A stretch of 61,936 nt of DNA, filler included, from Actinomycetota bacterium (GCA_046725875.1; 4 parts of 4 records of this genome joined end to end with filler, not necessarily neighbours in it), one strand, 5' to 3'. Shown: positions 39,970 through 49,566, counted from the first letter of the whole stretch. Translations and numbers: made by a program. The notes: generated from the letters alone by a model not told the origin.

Positions 39970-41231
39970 GGGTGGGCTCCAGACGCTGGGGCGGTCGGGG
40001 GATGAGGTGGGGCGTGGTGTACGAGCGGCGCGCCCGCGACCGTTGATCCGAAGACGACATCGCGGGCGCGTTCCAGCGCGGCGAACGTGGCGCCGGCGAG
40101 AACCGGGTTTCCGCTGACTGTGGACAGTCGTAGCGGCGGCCTGGGAATGGTGAGGCGGGTGAGGTGCTGCTGTACCAGATCACGGAGCGGTTCGCCTCCG
40201 GCCGCGCAGACCTCTCCAGAAAGCACGACGAGGGTTGGGTCCAGGGCGGCGATCGCCGCGGCGAGGCCCGCCGCCAGGCGTTGCGCGAGTTCGTAGAGGA
40301 ATGGGCTCTGCCGGACGTCCGGATCGGCCCGGCTCGCGGCGGCGATCGCCGCCGGGGCGTTCTGGGCTCGGATACCGTGCCGCCTTGCCAGGGCGAGGAC
40401 CGCTGGGCTTCCAACCGACGACTGAAGCGCCCCTTTTGCACTAAGGCCGACATGATCGGGGAGTGGGGCGCCGGGGACCGGCATGTAGCCGATCTCGCCG
40501 GCGCCGCCGGTCGCCCCGCGGTAGAGATCCCCGCCGATGACGATCGCCATGCCGACGCCGGTGCTCACCCAGAGGAGGAGGAAGTCGGCGACCCCGCGGG
40601 CGGTGCCCGTTCGGCTCTCCGCAACCGCCGCGAGGTTGACGTCGTTCTCGATCTCGACGGGGGCGCTGAGCGCCTCGCTGAGCCGCTCCACCAGGCCGCT
40701 GCCATGCCAACCCGGGAGGTGGTGCGCGTACCCGAGCTGTCCGGTCTGTGGGTTGAGTGCGCCGGGGGTGGCGACCACGACATGGGTCAAATCTGTTGTG
40801 TCCAGGTCGATCGCCTCGGCCGCCGCCGTCAGTGCCGCCGTCGTCGCACGTATCGCATCCGCGCCCGCCCGCCCCGGTGTTCTGTACGTTCCTCGGGCGA
40901 CCACGCGGCCGGTGATGTCCGCGACGGCCGCCTCGATACCGGCGGGCGTCACGTCCATCGCAGCGATGTACGCCGCACCCGGGTTGACTTCGTACAGCTG
41001 AGCTGTGCGGCCGGAGGCTCGCGGGCCAACCGGGATGACCAGGCGGGCATCCTCGAGGCGGGCAAGTAGCTGGGACGCGGTCGGTTTCGAAAGGCCGGTG
41101 AGCCTTCCGATCTGGGCCCGGGAGAGCGGACCTCGCTCCAGCAGCAGTTCCAGCGCTGCTCGGTCGTTGATCGCACGCAGAAGTGCGGGCTGGCCGGGCA
41201 TCGCTCCCGCTTGCTGATAGGTGCGTTGCAT
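39966..41231 (-). CDS. csnR: ROK family transcriptional repressor, CsnR-like
   Basis: HTH (LSRAQIGRLTGLSKPT), ENDVNLAA and GAGEIG motifs; first gene of ROK-SBP-2 permeases-GH4-kinase operon. Start is 41231 or 41201. Confidence 0.85.
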   Translation of the reverse strand: MQRTYQQAGAMPGQPALLRAINDRAALELLLERGPLSRAQIGRLTGLSKPTASQLLARLEDARLVIPVGPRASGRTAQLYEVNPGAAYIAAMDVTPAGIEAAVADITGRVVARGTYRTPGRAGADAIRATTAALTAAAEAIDLDTTDLTHVVVATPGALNPQTGQLGYAHHLPGWHGSGLVERLSEALSAPVEIENDVNLAAVAESRTGTARGVADFLLLWVSTGVGMAIVIGGDLYRGATGGAGEIGYMPVPGAPLPDHVGLSAKGALQSSVGSPAVLALARRHGIRAQNAPAAIAAASRADPDVRQSPFLYELAQRLAAGLAAAIAALDPTLVVLSGEVCAAGGEPLRDLVQQHLTRLTIPRPPLRLSTVSGNPVLAGATFAALERARDVVFGSTVAGAPLVHHAPPHPPTAPASGAHP

Positions 41232-41269
41232 CGACCACCGCCCTAATCCCTGGCACCGAGAGGCGTTGG

Positions 41270-41288
41270 GTGAGTAAAGTTTCCTCAC
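41270..41288. promoter_or_regulatory. CsnR-type operator
   Basis: Palindrome GTGAGGAAACTTTACTCAC (minus strand), one mismatch from the CsnR box AGGAAA-N-TTTCCT. Confidence 0.8.
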
Positions 41289-41381
41289 GCGACTTTGGTG
41301 CCGTCAAGGGCAACGGCTAGATCGTTATTTCATCGCGCCGGAGCACATGCCTGTCGCCATTCCGCGTGGGATTGTCTCAAC

Positions 41382-41828
41382 GTGGACTCCAAGACTCGGA
41401 TCGTCGGCCGCCGCTTGGCCGTGGCAGCCGTGGTGCTCGGCCAGCTCTTTTTCGTCGCCCGGGGCTACTGGTCCACCCACAAGGAGTTCGCGTTCCAGAT
41501 GTTCCCCGAGTCGAGCACTTGGCAGGCGTCCATCGTGCGGGTCATTGGGGACGGCGAAAGGATCTCGGTTACGGAGCCCTGGGCGGGCTATACCTGGAAC
41601 GACCTGGTAAGCGGTCGTGGTCTTCAGAGCCCATGGATTAGGCACCACGCGGACGCCGGCGTGGACAACCAACTCGCCTTTCTGCGCAGCGCCCTGCAGT
41701 GGGTGGCCGACCATACGCCCCGGGACCGCCAGACGCGGTATCTCGAGGCAACCGTGACCTACTGGCACAACCTCGACCCACCGCAGACGCTCGTGCTGCG
41801 TACCGACAAACGCGAGGAGTCACGCTGA
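41382..41828 (+). CDS. Membrane-anchored protein resembling the C-terminal/lumenal domain of vitamin K-dependent carboxylases
   Basis: One TM ending GQLF, then FAFQMF, HHAD and YLEATVTYWHN..PQ; coupled to the downstream HTTM gene. Confidence 0.7.
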   Translation: MDSKTRIVGRRLAVAAVVLGQLFFVARGYWSTHKEFAFQMFPESSTWQASIVRVIGDGERISVTEPWAGYTWNDLVSGRGLQSPWIRHHADAGVDNQLAFLRSALQWVADHTPRDRQTRYLEATVTYWHNLDPPQTLVLRTDKREESR

Positions 41829-42912
41829 CCGCCACGGGCGTCGCCACCGCCACCGGCCGGGCGGGGCTCATCGCACGCATCGATGAGCTCGTCGGCCGCC
41901 GGGTGAGCATGCGGGCGCTGGCTCTGCTGCGGACCCTCGTCGGGCCGGTTGTGCTGCTATACCTGCAGCCATTCCTGGTCGACGCCGCAGAGGGCCGGAT
42001 CTATAGCGACGCCTTCTATGAGCCGTACGCGACCTGGTACCCCGAGCTGCCGCGCTCCCTTTACGTCGGCCTGCTGTGGCTCGGTGCGGCCGCCGCCGTC
42101 GCCATGTCGCTGGGCCTACTGACCCGGGTTGCCGCCCCAGTGACGTTTGGCGTGGTCGCTTACAACCAGTTCCTCTCCACTACGCATTTCCACAACAACC
42201 GGGCATACCTCCTGATCGTCCTCGCCGCACTCGCGATCACTCCGTGCGGGCGCGAGATCTCCCTCGACTCGTGGCTGCGCGCCCGGCGTGGGCTGCCCCC
42301 GCTGGACGAAAGCGGGCCAGCGTGGCCGCTGTGGCTGCTCCGGTTCGAGGCGTCCGCTGTATACGGCGCGTCGGGGTTGAGCAAGCTGCTAGATCCGGAC
42401 TGGTTCGGTGGCGCGGTGACCTGGGACCGAGTGGTCCAAAAGCGCGACCAGCTGGCCGCGACGCCGCTGCCGGAGTGGATCGTGTCGCTGCTGACCGACC
42501 GTTCGTTTCATGAGTACGCCGCCAAGCTCATCGTGCTCACCGAGCTCTTCATCGCTGTCGGCCTCTGGTGGCGCGGGACTCGCTACGCCGCCGTCTGGGT
42601 CGCCGTCTGCTTCCACCTCTCCATCCAGGCATCGGCCGATGTAGAGGTGTTCTCATACCTGGGCATCGCAGCGCTGGTGATCTGGGCGGTGCCCACAACC
42701 CGCGATCGAGTCGTGCTGCTTGACCTGGCAATTCCGGCGCATCGTCGGCTTGCGGACGTGATCAAGTCACTCGACTGGCTTGCGCGCTTCCGCATCGACC
42801 CGTCGGACGGACCAGGTCGACTTCGTGTCGTTGATCGTGACGGCAGTACGTACGACGGACCTGCGGCGCTCGTCCTCGTATTCAGCCGCCTCCCACTTAC
42901 CGCCTGGTTCGC
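41825..42912 (+). CDS. HTTM-domain (VKGC-like) membrane protein with C-terminal DCC-like domain; 3' end lost at spacer
   Basis: HNNRAYLL, SLD, LLRFEASAVYGASGLSKLLDPDW, ELF and FHL motifs; tail LDWLARF...VVDRDG...G..A....SRLP. Start is uncertain (CTG 41825 or GTG/ATG 41903/41909). Confidence 0.85.
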
Positions 42913-43012
42913 NNNNNNNNNNNNNNNNNNNNNNNNNNNNNNNNNNNNNNNNNNNNTTAATTAATTAANNNNNNNNNNNNNNNNNNNNNNNNNNNNNNNN
43001 NNNNNNNNNNNN
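42913..43012. other. Artificial contig spacer
   Basis: N44-TTAATTAATTAA-N44. Confidence 0.98.
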
Positions 43013-43423
43013 CCGGTTCGGTTGGTCAGCGCCCACCTCTCCGGCGAACCGGCACACGTCTCGGCGGCCCAGGTCCGCGCCTTGCGGCGCTTCGTGGGGT
43101 CGCCCAACGTGCCGGTCATCGTCGGTGCGGATCTGAACCTGCCCCCCGACAGCCCGCCGGTCGTCGCATTGGCCGGCCAGTGGACGGACGTTCTTGCCGC
43201 GGCGGACCCGCCCGACACCGCGGCCACGTGTTGTGTCGACGAGCTCACCGCGGTGGCTGGAGAGGGGCTGCGGGAGCGGGTCGACTACCTCTGGTTGGCC
43301 GGCGCTGAACCGCGGATCGAGGCAGCGCGGCGCATTTTTGTACGTCCAATGCGGGTCGACGGCGGTTGGCTGCGCGCGTCGGACCACGTAGGCCTGCTCA
43401 CAGCGATCGAGCTAAGCCGATGA
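43013..43423 (+). CDS. Endonuclease/exonuclease/phosphatase family, C-terminal fragment
   Basis: SAHL, VGADLN, RVDYLW and ASDH motifs. Confidence 0.85.
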   Translation, partial: PVRLVSAHLSGEPAHVSAAQVRALRRFVGSPNVPVIVGADLNLPPDSPPVVALAGQWTDVLAAADPPDTAATCCVDELTAVAGEGLRERVDYLWLAGAEPRIEAARRIFVRPMRVDGGWLRASDHVGLLTAIELSR

Positions 43424-44019
43424 CGGCGTCACCCGCTGGTCCCATGGACGCCGCGACTGGCGTGGTCAGCCATCCGGTCAGCGGCGCCGGCGGCACAATC
43501 GTCGCCGCGGCAGCCGGCGGCTGCTCGATGGCCGCGGCGGCCGCATTCACCGTGGACCTGCTGAACGGCCTCGATGCGCGGTGGGCCGTCGCCGCAAACC
43601 TGCTGCTCTTCGCGCCGGCGGTGGTGCTCGCCTTGCTTGCCCGGCAAAGTTCTGGCGGGGTAGCCGTGGCGCTGACCACCGCGGGACTCTTGGTCGCTCC
43701 GACCGGAGCATTCCTTGGAGATCAGGCTGGGCACACTTGGTGGTGGCTCCTTTTCGAGCTGGCTTGGTGGACCGGCCTGATGCTGGCGTTCTGGCGGTCG
43801 CGTCCCGGTCTGTCGGTCGTCAGCGGAGCCGCTGCCGCCGGCGCGCTCGTCGCCGCCGTCCTCGTCGGCCTGTCGGTGCCCGAGCCGGTTGCGTCGGCAG
43901 CCGGGCTCCGTGTTCCGCTCACCATCGTCTGGGCGGTGTGGGCGGCAGCCGACCTCGCCGTCCGGCCCATGCGGCCGACCGAACGCCGCGCAGCGAGGCC
44001 GGGGCTCGCCGGTGGTTAG
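43420..44019 (+). CDS. Hypothetical membrane protein
   Basis: ATGA overlap with the EEP stop; about 6 hydrophobic segments. Confidence 0.7.
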   Translation: MTASPAGPMDAATGVVSHPVSGAGGTIVAAAAGGCSMAAAAAFTVDLLNGLDARWAVAANLLLFAPAVVLALLARQSSGGVAVALTTAGLLVAPTGAFLGDQAGHTWWWLLFELAWWTGLMLAFWRSRPGLSVVSGAAAAGALVAAVLVGLSVPEPVASAAGLRVPLTIVWAVWAAADLAVRPMRPTERRAARPGLAGG

Positions 44020-44102
44020 CCAACTCGGGCAAAGGGGAGATGCAACTCCTATCTAGCGGGCTAGGCTCCCGGACAGATCAGCTCGCGAGGAAGGGGCCAG
44101 CG

Positions 44103-44309
44103 ATGGGAAGTGTTGCCCGGGTAACCGAAATCAGTGCAACGTCCGACACGAGCTTCGAGGACGCGATCGCGATCGGCGTGTCGCGTGCCACCCAGACTCT
44201 CCGCCAGGTGAAGTCCGCTTGGATCAAGGAGCTGCACGTGGACGTGTCTGACGGACAGATCACCGGCTACCGAGTGAACATGCTCGTGACGTTCGTTCTC
44301 GAGGACTGA
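44103..44309 (+). CDS. Dodecin family protein
   Basis: SVARVTEISATS..SFEDAI...RATQTLR...AWIKE...YRVNMLVTFVLED. Confidence 0.92.
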   Translation: MGSVARVTEISATSDTSFEDAIAIGVSRATQTLRQVKSAWIKELHVDVSDGQITGYRVNMLVTFVLED

Positions 44310-44317
44310 CGCTCTGG

Positions 44318-44956
44318 CTAGCGCACAGCTCGATACTTGACGTGGGTCACGCCGGGGGCCTGGACCGCCCGTACGAGATCCAGCTTCAGGTCAGGACCGA
44401 CGCCCTCGAAGAGGCGCGCACCGCCGCCAAGTACGAGCGGCACGGTGTGCAGCTCCAGTTCGTCGACGAGTCCGGCGGCCAAATACTGGTTGATGATGTT
44501 CGCACCGCCGCCGATCGTGACGTCCTTGCCGGCAGCGGCCGCACGCGCCTGCTCGAGTGCCGACTCGATGCCGTCGGTCACGAAAGTGAACGTCGTGTCG
44601 GACAGGCTTAGCGGTGCCCGGGAGTAATGGGACACGACGAAGACCGGCATGTGGAACGGCGGGTCGTCACCCCACCAGCCGGGCCACGGGTCGTCGCCCC
44701 ACGGGCCTGGACCGCCGCCGAACATTCCCCGGCCCATAACCTCCGCGCCGACATTGGCCAGTCTCTCCTCGACGACCGGAGTGCTCTCATTGACCTCGCC
44801 GCCGTCCATCCCGTGGGGTTCCCGAAAGGCCTTGAGCGCGAACGCCCAGTCATGCAGGCGCTCGCCGTCGACTCCGAGCGGTTCCTCCAAGGTCTGGTTC
44901 GGTCCAGCGACGTAGCCATCGGCCGACACCGATATGTGAACTCGTACCTTGCTCAT
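44318..44956 (-). CDS. Dihydrofolate reductase/RibD C-terminal family protein
   Basis: SADGYVAGP, MGRGMF, IGGGA and GLVDEL...P.VLGGG motifs; GGAGG RBS. Confidence 0.9.
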   Translation of the reverse strand: MSKVRVHISVSADGYVAGPNQTLEEPLGVDGERLHDWAFALKAFREPHGMDGGEVNESTPVVEERLANVGAEVMGRGMFGGGPGPWGDDPWPGWWGDDPPFHMPVFVVSHYSRAPLSLSDTTFTFVTDGIESALEQARAAAAGKDVTIGGGANIINQYLAAGLVDELELHTVPLVLGGGARLFEGVGPDLKLDLVRAVQAPGVTHVKYRAVR

Positions 44957-45119
44957 GCATCCTCCACTTGGGTGCGGTGCGCGCGTTGCTCGTCCAACCT
45001 GGGACTTAGACCTGGGTCCGACCGGAAAGTCATCTGTACGGTCCACGTCCTGATGACCGGCGAAGCCGCGCCGAGGGCCTTAGCGGGCGGCGGCCCCGTC
45101 TCGGGTTTGGCCGGGCGGG

Positions 45120-45500
45120 CTACCTCAGGGCTGACCGAGCGGCCTTCAGGTCCTCAGTCGCAATGACGATCTTCACACCACCGAAGGTCGGGTAAGCAAG
45201 ATCGATGTTGACGTTCGCCGCGGCAAGCTGTCGGGTGAGCTCACCGAGCGTTCCCGGCCGGTCCTCGATGTCGACCACGATGACCTCGCGCTCGTCCGCC
45301 ACACCCATGCCGGCGCGCACCAGCGCCTCGCGGCACCGGTCGACCGCGTCGTCGTCGACGAGCACATGTACGACGCCCTTGCCCTCGCCGGTGAACGCCG
45401 CCAAGCCGCGGATGTTCACGCCGGCAGCGCCGGTCGTCCGCCCTAGGCGAGCGAGCTGGCCGGGCCGGTCCTCGAAGATCACGGTTAGGTCGGTGGGCAT
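45120..45500 (-). CDS. Tandem ACT-domain protein
   Basis: Two EDRPG.L...L....VNI repeats. Confidence 0.88.
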   Translation of the reverse strand: MPTDLTVIFEDRPGQLARLGRTTGAAGVNIRGLAAFTGEGKGVVHVLVDDDAVDRCREALVRAGMGVADEREVIVVDIEDRPGTLGELTRQLAAANVNIDLAYPTFGGVKIVIATEDLKAARSALR

Positions 45501-45933
45501 GGCATCTCGATCTTTGCACCGCCACCGCCGCTGAGCAATCCGGCTCGGGGCGGATGAGCGGGGTTGGCCTCGGTCAGGCTGCCTGATCCGCTAGCTCCGG
45601 TAAGCGGGGATCTGGCGGATACCGACGCTCCAGTTGCGCTCCGGCAAAGTTGAGGCGTACCGATCACCGAACGTCTGCCCCGGTAGCCGATCATGCACCT
45701 TGGCTGGGTCGCGAAAGGTGCGGATCATGTCGGCTGACAAACCAATAACCCGGTTAGAAAGGCACGCACCGCCGTGGCGGGTCGCTGGTCGGGGGTGGAT
45801 GGTGCTCGTTGGCCTGACGGCGAGCGCCGGCGCGCCTAGGCTGACCCCCGGACACGTTTGTCAAGGCCCAGGCCATCCGTGTGGCGAACGCTCCGCTCGC
45901 CCGGACCTGGGCCGCGTGGAGGAGGAGTCCACC

Positions 45934-47712
45934 ATGCGTTCCGCACGACGATGGTTGGTCCCGGCAGCCGCGCTTGCGCTCGTCGCTCTCGGAGCGCCGG
46001 CGCATGCCGCACCCGCCGTCGACGCTCTGGTCAGTGTCGGCAGCCCCACCAACAACCACCCGCAGAACTCCCAGAACGAGCCCGCCTTAGCGGTCAGTGC
46101 GATCCGGCCCGACGTGCTCGCCGCCGGTGCCAACGACCTCGTGGACATGCAGCCGTGCTCGCGGGCGGCGTCCACTCAGCACGCCGCTTGCTCGTTCCCG
46201 CTCGGTACCTTCAACCTCGGCGTCGGCCTGGCCGGGGTGTACTTCTCGTTCGACCGCGGCCACACCTGGGTCCAGCCGACGTACACCGGCCTGACAGCGG
46301 CCGACTGCAGCCCGACCGTCGAGCCCTGCACCCCGCACGTCGGCCCCATCCACACCGTGCCGAACTACTACGAGAACGGCCTGCGGTCGCGCAGCGACCC
46401 GGGAGTGGCCTTCGGGCCGGCGCCCGGTCCGAACGGGTTCTCCTGGGCCAACGGTGATCGGCTGTACTACTCCAACATTGCCACCAACCTCACCGACACG
46501 GTCATGCGCAACACCGGCTCGAGCCAAAACGGCTTCTTCGGGGTGACGGTCTCGCACATCGACAACGTGACCCCGACGCGGATCGCCGTTCAATCGAACT
46601 GGTCTCGGCCGTACTTTGCGGCGCCGCACGCGGCGTCCAGCTCCGGGCTGGACAAGGAGCAGATCTGGGCGGACAACGCCGCGTCCAGCCGGTTCTTCGG
46701 CAACGTGTACGTCTGCTACTCCGATTTCCACAGCTTCAGCGGCGGCAACGCGTTCCCACTCAAGCCGATGGTGTCGGTGTCGCGCAACGGCGGGGTCACC
46801 TGGAAGCAGCATCAGGTCGCGCAGCCGATCGCCAGTGCCACGAAGGGCGCGTATGACGGCTGCACGATCCGCACCGACAGCCACGGCGTGGTCTACGCCT
46901 TCTTCACGCACTTCGGTGGTACCAGCCTGGCCGGCGCGCACACCGTGATCATCTCGCGGGACGGCGGGCAAACCTGGCGGCAGCCACGCGACGTCGTGTC
47001 GATCACCGATCCCTGCTTCTTTGTCGACCGGGTGAGCGGCCGCTGCGTCATGGACGGGATCGCAGGCGCCCGGACCGACCTGTCCGCCATGCCGAGCATC
47101 GACATCGCCAACGGCGCGCCGACCGGCTCGGACGCGACCAACGAGATCGTCGATGCCTGGGTCGACGGGCGCGACGGCCCGAACCACGAGAAGGTGTTCT
47201 TTGCCTACTCGACCAACGGGGCGGCCTCGTTCAGCACCCCGACCCCGATCTCCCCGGCGAGCGACATCTCCGCCTACGCCGCGCCGGCGATCAGCCCGGA
47301 CGGCCGGCGGGTCTACGTGGTATCGCAGGCGTACGCGCTGCCCTTCCAGACGACCACGGCCAATCCGCGCCCGGAGCACGGCGTGCTGCAGTCCGCCTCC
47401 ATTGGAGCGGCAGGCGCGCCCGGTGCGTGGACCACGGAGTACTCCGGACCCTTCGGTGACGCGCGCGGTACCTCCCAGGGCCGGATCCTCTACAACGAGT
47501 TCCTCGGCGACTACGTGTACGCCATCGCCACCCGCGCCTACGGCGCCGGCGTGTGGACCGACGTACGCCGCACCGCGGACTGCCCGGCGATGGACGCCTG
47601 GCGTCAGGCGTCCTGGACGGCGGGCCACGTGGTGCTGCCGGCGCCCTGGCCGCTGGGCGACTGTCCGGCCAACTTCGGCAACAACGACATCTTCAGCGCC
47701 ACGACGGGCTAA
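45934..47712 (+). CDS. Secreted BNR/Asp-box (sialidase-like beta-propeller) protein
   Basis: GGAGGAGG RBS, signal peptide (AHA), Asp-boxes SFDRGHTW, SRNGGVTW, SRDGGQTW and STNGAASF; GDY and WTD.R motifs. Confidence 0.88.
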   Translation: MRSARRWLVPAAALALVALGAPAHAAPAVDALVSVGSPTNNHPQNSQNEPALAVSAIRPDVLAAGANDLVDMQPCSRAASTQHAACSFPLGTFNLGVGLAGVYFSFDRGHTWVQPTYTGLTAADCSPTVEPCTPHVGPIHTVPNYYENGLRSRSDPGVAFGPAPGPNGFSWANGDRLYYSNIATNLTDTVMRNTGSSQNGFFGVTVSHIDNVTPTRIAVQSNWSRPYFAAPHAASSSGLDKEQIWADNAASSRFFGNVYVCYSDFHSFSGGNAFPLKPMVSVSRNGGVTWKQHQVAQPIASATKGAYDGCTIRTDSHGVVYAFFTHFGGTSLAGAHTVIISRDGGQTWRQPRDVVSITDPCFFVDRVSGRCVMDGIAGARTDLSAMPSIDIANGAPTGSDATNEIVDAWVDGRDGPNHEKVFFAYSTNGAASFSTPTPISPASDISAYAAPAISPDGRRVYVVSQAYALPFQTTTANPRPEHGVLQSASIGAAGAPGAWTTEYSGPFGDARGTSQGRILYNEFLGDYVYAIATRAYGAGVWTDVRRTADCPAMDAWRQASWTAGHVVLPAPWPLGDCPANFGNNDIFSATTG

Positions 47713-47718
47713 CGGGTT

Positions 47719-47762
47719 GACCCCGGTCTGTCCAGGCCCTGTGGCCCGGGCAGACCGGGGTC
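47719..47762. terminator. Hairpin after BNR gene
   Basis: GACCCCGGTCTG...CAGACCGGGGTC. Confidence 0.75.
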
Positions 47763-48605
47763 TCGAACTGCCCACCGGTGCGACTACCTTCCTGCGGACG
47801 GCATGGTCGCCCGCGACCGCGCCCGAGGTTGTGTCGAGCACGGCCACATCTCGGGTGGCGCGGTCATTGGCCCAATCGGACCCGCAGAAGTCGGCTGTGA
47901 AGTGCACGTTGTGGTTTGCCGGGATCCGTTACCACGCGCGGTACTGACCGGAGCCGTCGGTGCACGCGTAGGCAAGTCCTCCGAGCCGACGGCCCCGGAC
48001 GCGTAGGCCGCCGACGGGTGGATCATCACTTCCTCGATCGCGGCGCGGAACCGCTCGGTCTGCGCATCCCCCAGCCGCGCACAAAGCTCCCGGACCGGCC
48101 CATTTCAGGTCTGGCATTACCCCGGCCGCGGCGGCGTCGACATCGACGAACGAGGTCAAACCGTGGGTGGCTGCGCCGCCAATGCGGCTCGAGCAGCCAC
48201 CGCATCTGCCGGGCACGGGTCTCTGCGTCATGAACGAACTTGGACCAACCGCGTGACTGGCATATCGAGCAGGCGATTCCCCCATTCCTTTGAAGTCGGG
48301 CCGCCGGCCGGGCTCATAGGTGTCCAACCCGTCGACTTGCGAAACAACCGGCGGTGGCCGATGGTCCGGCGGGTGCTGGCCGGCAACAGTGGACCGTGAG
48401 CTCGAAGATGATCAGTCGATTCGAAGTTAGATGGACCGTTACATCGCCTGAGAAGCCGGATTCTTCGGGACGACGGTCCTTTGATCTTCGAATCCGTTCT
48501 GATTTTCTAGGCGATGGTCCACCGTTCCTACCTTGGGCTGGAGGCTGCCGCTCGGCGACTTGTGGCGGCATATCGCCTAGGTAAGGGAGCCGAGCGATCT
48601 CGGCG

Positions 48606-49100
48606 TTATTGCATCTTCAGCGGAGTCTCCGGGAGTTGCCAGCTCTCCGCCTTCTTCTTTGGTGCATCGCCAGGAAGCGTCCCGATGTGCTCCTCGATTC
48701 GCCGCAGCGAGGCCTCGATCTTCTCATCGCTGTCCTTGGACTCGGCACTCCCCTTGTGTATATACAGCGTTGCCAATACCACAAACGCGAATAGCTGCAA
48801 GAATTCGGACTGCCAGTTCTCCAAAGTTGACTGCGCAAACTCGCTGATAAAGTCGCCGGCTTGGGTCGACTGACCATGCGCTGTCTGCTCGTCCGTGTAG
48901 ACCTGCCACTCACTAATGCCGTGTGCGATCCAGGTCACGAAGAATAGGATCATCAAGGAGAGCCCAAGGCCGAATTCACGCCATACGCCATAGCGGGACC
49001 GATTGTCCAAAATGCTACGAACCAAGGCGAACATGACAAATAGCAGCGCCCCGAGGGCCAACGACACCGCCACAACCATCATCCATGCACCCGCGCTCAT
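48606..49100 (-). CDS. DUF6766-like membrane protein
   Basis: TLENWQSEFLQL...GSAESK motif; GGGAGG RBS. Confidence 0.8.
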   Translation of the reverse strand: MSAGAWMMVVAVSLALGALLFVMFALVRSILDNRSRYGVWREFGLGLSLMILFFVTWIAHGISEWQVYTDEQTAHGQSTQAGDFISEFAQSTLENWQSEFLQLFAFVVLATLYIHKGSAESKDSDEKIEASLRRIEEHIGTLPGDAPKKKAESWQLPETPLKMQ

Positions 49101-49159
49101 CGGTCCTCCCACCATCAACAGCTTGACGGGCATTGCCAGTAAATTCGGGCTGCCTCTCA

Positions 49160-49184
49160 ATACCCGGCGCTTGGAAGACCAAAC
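49160..49184 (-). promoter_or_regulatory. SigB/SigF-type stress promoter
   Basis: Minus strand GTTT-N15-GGGTAT about 60 nt upstream of the DUF6766-like start. Confidence 0.65.
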
Positions 49185-49566
49185 AGATAACACATTTCGG
49201 TTGAATTGCCGGCCGGCTCGCCAGTGCCACCGAGGGCCGGGCAGGCTTCGCTGCTCCGCGTCCGCCGCTTCGGGTATGCGATGACGATCCGCTGGCCGAA
49301 ACGCCTCGGGTCAAACTCGCTAATGACGCGGGTCCGAAGTCTCTTTGACCGGTCCCGTGGGTGTACGCACCGCACGGAAACGCTCCGCTTGGTTCACGTC
49401 CCCTAGGGAACCCGCAAGGTCCGGCCCCATCCCGGTGCCAGGCGGCGCTGCTACTTTGGGCTCCCTGCAGCCTTTCCATGCATCCCCGCGGTCCCTCCGG
49501 CCAGCGTCAAAGGACCTCGAACACGCGCCACTAGCCAGAACCGTGCACCGGTGCCAAGGTGCGAAG

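Noticed and set aside
47780..48330. Protein-like scraps on the minus strand (e.g. AYACTDGSGQYR)
   Set aside because: Interrupted by stops with no recognisable family; possibly a remnant but not supportable.
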